Below are positions 29,555 to 37,388 of a stretch of DNA of 64,000 nucleotides, piece after piece (positions within the stretch are counted from its first letter, which is position 1; every line of letters starts with the position of its first letter). A program made the translations under genes and the position numbers. The notes below the pieces were generated by a model that was not told the DNA's origin, searched no databases, and saw nothing but the letters and a program-made list of their open reading frames with translations. The stretch spans positions 95,854 through 159,853 of the forward strand of contig CAZKWX010000001.1 in the NCBI GenBank assembly GCA_964556685.1, given 5' to 3'. This DNA comes from an uncultured Bdellovibrionales bacterium. GTDB taxonomy: Bacteria > Patescibacteriota > Minisyncoccia > Moranbacterales > DUUL01.

Positions 29555-29907
29555 AAATGTAATACTAATGATGCTAATCTCATGCAAATACCACTAATAT
29601 GCTAATAAGTACAATACTAATGATGCGAATTTATGCTAATCTACAAATATGCTAATCTTACTTAAGTTCTATTCGCATATTTGTGTCATTCGCATTCATT
29701 TGTAAATTTGTATTATACCTATTCGTATATTCGTACACAATTCGTAATTAGTAGAAAACACAAAAACAGAAGGTGTTTTAAACAGACCGGTCCGAGGTCT
29801 TGATTTCAACCCTATAACCTTCGTTAGTTACGTATGAATAAATTTTTCAAGATTAACCGCTACAATCCAGACTATATAAAAAAGCAGTAATTGTCAAGCG
29901 TTTTCGG

Positions 29908-30096
29908 CTATTCCTTCCAGTCTTTAATAGTTATTTCTTTTTTCTTCTCGTCTATGTTCAACTCCACTTTTTGCTTTTCTTTCCACCTCCAACGACGTAT
30001 AACATCGATCGGAAGAGTTATGGCATAGCTTGAACCACCAGAAATCTTGGTAATCTTCCTGATATTTCTCTCTTCTAATTTTCTTCTAGTCTTCAT
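29908..30096 (-). CDS. AbrB/MazE/SpoVT-family DNA-binding protein (antitoxin-like)
   Basis: GGSSYAITLPIDVIRRW swapped-hairpin motif. 62 aa. Confidence 0.5.
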   Translation of the reverse strand: MKTRRKLEERNIRKITKISGGSSYAITLPIDVIRRWRWKEKQKVELNIDEKKKEITIKDWKE

Positions 30097-30145
30097 TGAT
30101 AGAAATCAAAATTAAATACATATTTATCTACGTAGTTGCGAATAA

Positions 30146-32191
30146 TCACAATTCCCGAACCTCTTCAACTTGCACTTTCTTGTCATTAGTTGGCACCATA
30201 CTCATCCAAGAAGGCACAAAAATAATTTCCGCTCGATCAAGTCCTTCATAGTTGATGAGGAATTGTTTGATTTTTTCTTCGCCATTGCCAACTACGCCAC
30301 TTTTCACATTCGCCAAATCAATCGTTGGCCAAGCCACCGTCCGGGCTTCGACATAGATGGTCAAACTGTTTTCATTGAAATCGGCTATTCCCTTTTTATA
30401 ACCAACTTGAGTTTTTAAATCCAATTCATAGCCGCTGCCAATTTCCTTTTCCAATTCAGCCACCACCACTTGGTCCACTTCTTCCTTGGAAAAAGCAATG
30501 GCTTTTATTTTCTGCTCCACTGAATAGGCGAACTTATTCGTCGTTGCACCTTCTTTGTGCGAACTTTGAGCTTTCTCAATGCTCATTTCAGCTGAATCAA
30601 TGATAATTTTCTTGCCTTCACCCAACTGCTGACCGATCTCTTGATCGAGAGAATTTTCCAATTCTTCCAGCGTTTTCTTTCTGGCGTTTTCAATGTCTCC
30701 AGCTGTGACCATAGAGACTTTTTTGCTCGCATCAGCCGTTCCTCCGCCAATCATAGCCTTAACGGACTTCGCCTCAAACTTCTCATATTTGAGATTGCCC
30801 TTAAAGCCTTCGATGGTGAAAGTGGACACGCCAATATTGAAATCCTCTCCCGGTTTATCAGCGATCACACTGACTGTCACTGCTCCCGCTTTGTCTCCAC
30901 TCATACCGGGCACTGTCACGCCTTCAGTCAGTCGAAACAGTTTTCCTTCCTTGGAAAGCACTCGGGTGGTGGCTACCAATGGCTGAGAAGCAGCCGAGTA
31001 GTTGTTATAGATAGTCACCTGACCTTTGGCCTTGCCATCATCACCTCCATAGGTTTCACCCGTTGCATCAAACTCAACTTCTTTTTTGATCACAACCTCT
31101 ACTGATTTACCAGCGACCACGGCATTTCCAATATCCAATTGCCCTGAACCCTTAGCCATCACCTTGATCTCTTTAGCCACTTCTTTTTTCACTGGATAAA
31201 CTTTCACCAGCACCTTAGGATAGTTGGAATAAATCCAAAAGGAAAAGAATGCCAGAATCAAAATAATTGACAGAACAACGATCGTCTTTTTCTTCTTTGA
31301 ATGAGTCTGCGTTTTTTCTTCGTCAGTTCGATAGTCTATTTTTTCTTTGTGCGGCTTTGAAGGTTCTTGTGGTCTTTGAGAGACTGGATCACTTGAGAAG
31401 AATTGTTCCGCTTTTTGATGGGTATCTTTTTCTTTTTTCTGCCTCATTTGGTGAGGAGGTGGTGGTGGACCCTGTGGTGGTCGACCTGGCATTAGAGCAC
31501 CTGGTCCTGGTGCAGGACCGGCTGGCTTAGTTGCTCGGCTTGCTGCCGCTGCAGGTATTCCGACTGCTACTGCTGGTTTAGCATTCATCCTTCGCGCAGT
31601 TTCATAACCTTTCACTGGCACATTGGTTGGTTGTGGAGCTGGTCGATTATATAAATCTTTTTTTAGTTGCTCTTGATGTAGCATATCAGTGGGCTGGCTT
31701 TTGCCAACTGCTCCTGCAGTCGCTGCTGCTCCGACTCTTACAGCTGCACCTGTCTTTTTTTCTTCTGGTGTTTCCTCATCAAAAAAGCTGCTTGAGCCAA
31801 CCGCTTTTTGCGGTTCCTGCATTTTCTGAGCTTGGTCCATCTCTTTCATTGCTTCTTCACTAGCTTGGTCGGCCACAGCTTGCTCTGTTTGAGCTTGAGC
31901 AACCGCACCTCCAGCTACCGCTTTTTGATCTCGAGCCTCTTCGGAAAGCGCGCCCACTCTGATTCCCACTCTTTCAATCACTTTCTTGGCATGGGGATCA
32001 TTGGTGTTGATTATAATAGTTTTGCCCATGTCCTCAACCTCTTTTTTGAGGATTTTTAAGTTGATCACACCATGAGTCAAGGCTGCATCCTTCGGAATTA
32101 CCAAGAAAATATCAGTTGCTTCTTCTGATCGAATTCGATCAATGATGCTGGTTATTTCTTCGTCAACATCGATGTATACAGTTCTGTGCAT
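30146..32191 (-). CDS. bitopic membrane protein immediately upstream of ftsA (possible divergent FtsQ/DivIB-position protein)
   Basis: An ~90-aa N-terminal cytoplasmic domain, a Pro/Gly/Gln-rich linker, one TM helix and an ~330-aa extracytoplasmic domain. It occupies the ftsQ position. Confidence 0.45.
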   Translation of the reverse strand: MHRTVYIDVDEEITSIIDRIRSEEATDIFLVIPKDAALTHGVINLKILKKEVEDMGKTIIINTNDPHAKKVIERVGIRVGALSEEARDQKAVAGGAVAQAQTEQAVADQASEEAMKEMDQAQKMQEPQKAVGSSSFFDEETPEEKKTGAAVRVGAAATAGAVGKSQPTDMLHQEQLKKDLYNRPAPQPTNVPVKGYETARRMNAKPAVAVGIPAAAASRATKPAGPAPGPGALMPGRPPQGPPPPPHQMRQKKEKDTHQKAEQFFSSDPVSQRPQEPSKPHKEKIDYRTDEEKTQTHSKKKKTIVVLSIILILAFFSFWIYSNYPKVLVKVYPVKKEVAKEIKVMAKGSGQLDIGNAVVAGKSVEVVIKKEVEFDATGETYGGDDGKAKGQVTIYNNYSAASQPLVATTRVLSKEGKLFRLTEGVTVPGMSGDKAGAVTVSVIADKPGEDFNIGVSTFTIEGFKGNLKYEKFEAKSVKAMIGGGTADASKKVSMVTAGDIENARKKTLEELENSLDQEIGQQLGEGKKIIIDSAEMSIEKAQSSHKEGATTNKFAYSVEQKIKAIAFSKEEVDQVVVAELEKEIGSGYELDLKTQVGYKKGIADFNENSLTIYVEARTVAWPTIDLANVKSGVVGNGEEKIKQFLINYEGLDRAEIIFVPSWMSMVPTNDKKVQVEEVREL

Positions 32192-32400
32192 TGGTTATTA
32201 TTTAATAGTTTCGTTTTTGTCATTCCGCATTTAGTGCGGAATCTATTAGGCAAAGATTCATTCTAACTCAGAACCTTTGAAAATTAGCTATTAAAAACTA
32301 TTCTCCTAATGGATTCCCGCCTTCGCGAGAATGACAGACAAATGTAATGGCTAATACTAAGTAATATTACAAAATATGAAATCTGAAATCGCAAATCCCA

Positions 32401-33654
32401 TCAATGTTGTATCATTCTCACCGCCTTATTGAGCACTTCTGATAGCATGCCTTGCTCACTTCTATAATCGAGCAAAAGATTGGCCAAGCCCATCGGCGCC
32501 ACCTCCTGGGGACTGCGCAGCAATTTGGTTTTATCAATAATGTTTACTACGTCGCGCGGTTGCAAATAGCTCACTTGGGGTTGTTGGGAAATTGGAAATT
32601 TGCTACTCCAGCTGCCTTCCATCAGCACTCTTCGAATTCCGGGAAGGCCGCTGCCTCCTCCACAGAGCAAAATACGAGAAGGGAGCAGATCGTGATTGAT
32701 GAAACTGTCCAAAGCAATCTCAAATCCACTCATCCAAACTTCACAGTCTTCTTGGAATACTTTTTCAATCTGTTCGGACACATTTTGACCAATGGTGCCA
32801 GTGGCATATTTCAATTTCAGCACCTCAGCTTCATCAAAAGACAGGTTCATTGCTCGAGCCAGTCTCTTAGTGAAAGCTCGACCTCCCAGAGCAAACATCA
32901 CTGTGCCTTCCAGGCCGCCATTGCGCACCAAGGCCACGTCTGTCGTGCCGCCACCCACATCAATGATAATGGCTCCAAATTCTGGATGATCATAGGTGCT
33001 GATTGATTGAGCAATAGCATAGGGTTCGGCTGCAATGGCCAGCAAATCGACATCCAGTTCATCAGCAATTTTTTGCAGTGCACCCAAATGGATCATGGGA
33101 GCATAGGCATTGAAAACGCTAATTGAGACATCTCTTCCCTGAAAGCCCATTGGATTGACAATGCGATAGCCGTCAATTTTCACACTGACAACAGTGGCGT
33201 TGATCAATTTGACATCTAATTCATTTTGACCTGTTTCCCAAGCCAATTGTTTTCTGATTCGATCGAAGGCTTTCCACTGAACTTTTTGCATGATATTTTT
33301 CAATTCTGGCATGTCAATTCTCACCTCTGGATGAGCTCGCTCATAGTGGACGGTAGTGGTTGTTCCCTTGACCAATTCGCCAGCGATTCCGATAATCGCT
33401 CGACCTACCTTCTTAACCGCCGCCATTTTTTCGGCTTGTTCAATCGCTTTTTGACAAGTTTGAACCACGCCACCGATGTCGCTGACTGCTCCACTGCTCA
33501 TGTGTCCCAAATGCTGTCGAGCTGTTCCATAGCCAACCACTGTTCCCTGCTTCTTATCTTTACTCATTTGAAAAACCAGAACCTTCACTAGTTCTGTTCC
33601 AATATCCAAAGATAGCACAAAATCGGAACTTGCTTTACGATTAAATAGTCCCAC
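32401..33654 (-). CDS. ftsA: cell division protein FtsA (GTG start)
   Basis: Actin-like ATPase motifs (LDIGTELVKV, IIDVGGGTTDVAL). 417 aa. Confidence 0.85.
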   Translation of the reverse strand: MGLFNRKASSDFVLSLDIGTELVKVLVFQMSKDKKQGTVVGYGTARQHLGHMSSGAVSDIGGVVQTCQKAIEQAEKMAAVKKVGRAIIGIAGELVKGTTTTVHYERAHPEVRIDMPELKNIMQKVQWKAFDRIRKQLAWETGQNELDVKLINATVVSVKIDGYRIVNPMGFQGRDVSISVFNAYAPMIHLGALQKIADELDVDLLAIAAEPYAIAQSISTYDHPEFGAIIIDVGGGTTDVALVRNGGLEGTVMFALGGRAFTKRLARAMNLSFDEAEVLKLKYATGTIGQNVSEQIEKVFQEDCEVWMSGFEIALDSFINHDLLPSRILLCGGGSGLPGIRRVLMEGSWSSKFPISQQPQVSYLQPRDVVNIIDKTKLLRSPQEVAPMGLANLLLDYRSEQGMLSEVLNKAVRMIQH

Positions 33655-33874
33655 TTATGTTTGTTTTATTTGTATTTTATTGTGGTCTTATTTTAGCATT
33701 TATATATAATTGTATCAATTATTTACGCATAAAAATTAGCATTTCTCATTTATTTCTTGACGGCTTGAATGTATAAGATGTATTATGGGTATAATCAAAT
33801 ACTTGATTAATTTGGTGGTGGGAAATTTCCCGCTTTTTTTGAAAACGTACATTTAAAAAGAGAGGAGAGGTCCG

Positions 33875-34342
33875 ATGTTTAAAAAGTCTTTATTACCAAT
33901 ATTGATTGTTGTGGCCGTCTGTTTTGTCGCTAATCTTGCGATAGCGCAGCCGGAGTATTCAAGATTTATAAGCCTTACCGGTACCAAAATAGTTGTGACG
34001 CTTCCCGAAAGCGTGGATCCCGAGTCTGAAGATATCGAGATTCGGGAAGTTAGTGGTGAATTTGAAGTATATTTTTTGGTCGATGCCCCTACATTAAGCA
34101 TGAACAACAGTACTAAAGTCGCGCTAACAGGTAGAGATTGGCACTACGCCGATTTATATCGAGCAAGTGCCAGCAGTCATTTGATGCGTATTACCGAAGA
34201 GGAAAAACAATTATTAGTTTCCCTCGCCAGATGTCCAGTGGATCCAAATATAGATCCCACTACCTGCGAAATGAGCACTAGAGCTGGAACTGAAATTGTT
34301 ATTACCATCGATAATGTTTTCGAATCTCGACGACGACGATAG
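33875..34342 (+). CDS. secreted hypothetical protein
   Basis: Signal peptide ending AIAQP. 155 aa. Confidence 0.4.
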   Translation: MFKKSLLPILIVVAVCFVANLAIAQPEYSRFISLTGTKIVVTLPESVDPESEDIEIREVSGEFEVYFLVDAPTLSMNNSTKVALTGRDWHYADLYRASASSHLMRITEEEKQLLVSLARCPVDPNIDPTTCEMSTRAGTEIVITIDNVFESRRRR

Positions 34343-34906
34343 AGTGTGCGATTGAAACAGAAACACCTAGTAACTCCTACAAAAAACAGGGCTTTCCGTG
34401 AATCATCTACGGAAAGCCTGCTTGTTTTTTATTCGAGACAGTTTTATGGTCTCGAATTAATTATAAGTGTTTACTACAGAGAGCAGTACCCATTTTTTCT
34501 TCAATGATCACTGCCGCTGCCTTGGATCCAGGAATGTTTAAAAGCTGTTTCCATTCCTTTTCTGTAAGCTGCACAGTCTAGATATCTCTTTTACACGCAC
34601 ACCCAGGGTCTTCACATGAAACAGGACCCCATGCCTCACCAAGCGAAAATAAACACATGATTACCTCTCTTCTAACTCTCGCTTTTAAGCATATTTATTC
34701 ATTTCATTTTTTACACCACTTCCGAATAAAGCGGTAATCGCAGCCATAACAACTAAGTTATAAACGGTTAAGCTACTTAATCCGGTGTCGTAGTAAAAGA
34801 ACCATGTGGCAAGCCATCCTGAAAATGCAATAGCCGCCATCGGCTTTATTACTTCTGATCTTTGCCAAACTCTTTTTAAAGCAGTCAAAGTGCGCCTCCT
34901 TTCGAC

Positions 34907-35329
34907 TTATTCAGTCATATTCACTTTCTTATTAAAATAACACTCAACCAAATTCTTTGTTGCTGGAAACAAATTGTCAGGAATAGCATCTTTGATAAAC
35001 CATTCCCACCTTTCCCAATCTTCTGGAAGAAGCACTTTGGGTTCATCATCAATTTCAGCAGTCACTCCAATCCCGATGTAGTGATTATCCAGAGCATAGT
35101 TTGTGTTGACGCAGATGAGTTCATATTTTGTAACATTACAACCAAACTCTTCTTTAATATTTCTTTTGACCGTGTCACCAATTTTCTCACCAAACTGAAC
35201 GTCTCTCCCAGGAACACCATAAACTTGTTTGCCTTCATAATTCCATTTTTCAGTTAGCAAACCAAGAAGAATCTTATCTCCTTTCAGAACGAGAATATCA
35301 ACATTGATTCCCGGTGATTTTGCAAGCAT
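34907..35329 (-). CDS. NUDIX hydrolase
   Basis: Nudix box GRDVQFGEKIGDTVKRNIKEEFG. The start was trimmed to the internal Met (MLAKSPG). Confidence 0.7.
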   Translation of the reverse strand: MLAKSPGINVDILVLKGDKILLGLLTEKWNYEGKQVYGVPGRDVQFGEKIGDTVKRNIKEEFGCNVTKYELICVNTNYALDNHYIGIGVTAEIDDEPKVLLPEDWERWEWFIKDAIPDNLFPATKNLVECYFNKKVNMTE

Positions 35330-35391
35330 AAAAATACTCTTAGGGGATTGGGAAAACGACAGCATGTTACTAAGTCGTTTTCCCGAGAGGC

Positions 35392-35595
35392 CTAAGCAAC
35401 TTCATCTTCCGGCGAATTATCTATTCGGCAGTAAGTTATTTTTCCAGTCTCTTCATCAGGAATACACTCAAACAGGTCTTTCCCTCGCCGACGACGTTGG
35501 TTTCTACCGACCGGTATCGAAGGTCCAATCGGAATTCCCAAATACATTTCTTGTTTCCTTCTTCTATTCTCCGATTCTGGTGATCCATCTCGCAT
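35392..35595 (-). CDS. small basic hypothetical protein (67 aa)
   Basis: Perfect SD AAAGGAGGT 6 nt upstream of the ATG. Confidence 0.4.
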   Translation of the reverse strand: MRDGSPESENRRRKQEMYLGIPIGPSIPVGRNQRRRRGKDLFECIPDEETGKITYCRIDNSPEDEVA

Positions 35596-35671
35596 GATTT
35601 ACCTCCTTTGAGTTTTATTTTCAATCCCCTAAAAATATTTTAAAGATCAATACAGTGCTTTTAAATTACCA

Positions 35672-36513
35672 TTAAATTAAGTTAATCGGACTTCCTTTTA
35701 TCCACGCCTCAATGTTCTTAATCATCATATCATTTGATTTCCTTAGTTCCGCTTCTGAATTCCATGCAATATGCGGAGTAACCAATATTTTAGGATGACT
35801 TATCAATCTTTTATAATTTTCTCCTCTTGTATCCCCAACAATATCGTCCGATGTATCGTCTGCGGCGCCAATCAATATTCTTTTGTCCAAGGCTCCCTTC
35901 AGTGATTCGAGATCATAAGTTTTGTTTCTCGCTGCTGAAATAAAAAAGGCTCCTTTCTTTAACGAATCAAAGAAACTCTTACCTAGTAGGTTGACGGTCG
36001 TCGGATTTGCACTTAAACAATTCGCTATAATGTCAGCATCTTTAGTGGTCGTAGTTAAATCATCACCACGTTTAAAGAAGACGACTTCCATCCCCAAGCT
36101 TTTACATATTTTTCCGAGTCGTTTGCCAATATTTCCAGCTCCTAGAATAGCTATCTTCTTGTTGTATAAGCCACTTGTTGTCTTCAATATTTTTTCCTTT
36201 GGAAGATCCTTTGCTCTATTAAGCTCAGATAATTTTCTAAAGTACATTAAGAGCATGCCAACAAACCATTCCGCAACAGCTTCTTTGTTACATCCTGGTG
36301 AGTTAGATATGGAAATGTTTCTTTTTTTCAGTTTATCTTTATCTAAAAAATCAACACCCACTAAGGGAAGTGAAATAAATACGTTCTCTAATTCATATAG
36401 CTTGTTTGATTTTAGACCGAACTATAATAAATAACATTTCCTAGTGAATCTAGGCGTTTAATTTGGTCTTTGTAAAATTTCAGATTTGTAGCTACTACTA
36501 TTTTTGGTTTCAT
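35672..36513 (-). pseudogene. D-isomer-specific 2-hydroxyacid dehydrogenase, disrupted (N-terminal 33-aa fragment out of frame, ~40 aa missing)
   Basis: The C-terminal NAD-binding/catalytic part is intact (GAGNIGKRLGK..., LVTPHIAWNSEAE) but starts at GTG after an in-frame TAG. The N-terminal fragment MKPKIVVATNLKFYKDQIKRLDSLGNVIYYSSV* lies at 36412..36513 in another frame. Confidence 0.5.
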
Positions 36514-36630
36514 AATTGTGTGATCCAGTCCTTTTTTATATTTATCCATCTCGTACGTACCCACGTATATACGTCCGTATATACGTTTCGAGACACTTAT
36601 CTTCCTTTTTACGGTTTACTTTTAAATGTC

Positions 36631-36725
36631 TACTACTCCTAAACAACCACACTTACCAACCTCCCCTTCACATAAATCACTTTCTCGGGTTTTTTACCGT
36701 CCAGACTTTGGATTCTTAAATCTCT
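36631..36725 (-). repeat. degenerate copy 1 of the leuS 3' terminus
   Basis: Hand translation gives ...GKKPEKVIYVKGRLVSVVV*. The genuine LeuRS C-terminus is KKPKKVIYVKGRLVNIVT*. Confidence 0.7.
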
Positions 36726-37200
36726 CAAAAATCAAATGTGTCGAATTGCTACCGAAGGCATACTTTCGAAACAAGCTGTCTTCCAAAGATGCTAGCTCCA
36801 GATTGTTCTTTGTTTCTCCCCTAATCCATAGATTGTGACGAGTATGGTCTACTAAATAAGCTTCCGTTATCGCCCTGAATTTTCCAAAGTCAATCTTATC
36901 TGGTCTTGAATATTCTACTAACCACCAAAATGGTAGGTTATTTCCAATATCGTCGCCAACAAAATGGAGCACCGTTCTTATGATGTGTAGTTCAAAATTC
37001 TTTTTGTCTATTTTTCCATTGAATTTAGTTACGATGTTGTTCATCGCTGATTCCCAAGTACTCTTATGTGCATTAATCTTAGCCAAACCATCGAAAGCAC
37101 CTGTTGTCGTATCGCAATATTCACATTCATCTAGCTTGGTTAATTCTCCAGCAACCATCATATTCGGATTACTTTCGTTGATCTGTACAAAATATTTCAT
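36694..37200 (-). CDS. hypothetical protein located between the duplicated leuS 3'-end copies
   Basis: 168-aa ORF with no recognisable motif. Confidence 0.4.
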   Translation of the reverse strand: MKYFVQINESNPNMMVAGELTKLDECEYCDTTTGAFDGLAKINAHKSTWESAMNNIVTKFNGKIDKKNFELHIIRTVLHFVGDDIGNNLPFWWLVEYSRPDKIDFGKFRAITEAYLVDHTRHNLWIRGETKNNLELASLEDSLFRKYAFGSNSTHLIFERFKNPKSGR

Positions 37201-37243
37201 ATTTACCTTTTTGTTATTTATAAATGCTCCTTAATTTTATTAA

Positions 37244-37340
37244 TTCTTTTATACAACTACACTCACCAACCTCCCTTTTACATAAATCACCTTCTTTGGC
37301 TTCTTACTGCCTAAATATTTTTGAATTTTCTCACTTCCAA
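37244..37340 (-). repeat. degenerate copy 2 of the leuS 3' terminus
   Basis: Hand translation gives ...GSEKIQKYLGSKKPKKVIYVKGRLVSVVV*. Confidence 0.7.
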
Positions 37341-37354
37341 GGGCAACCCGCACA

Positions 37355-37382
37355 CACTCTCATATATGCATATATGAGAGTG
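37355..37382. repeat. 28-bp perfect palindrome cactctcatatatgcatatatgagagtg (second copy at 50669..50694)
   Basis: Verified base by base. It lies directly between the leuS stop and leuS-3' copy 2. Confidence 0.85.
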
Positions 37383-37388
37383 CTCGTG

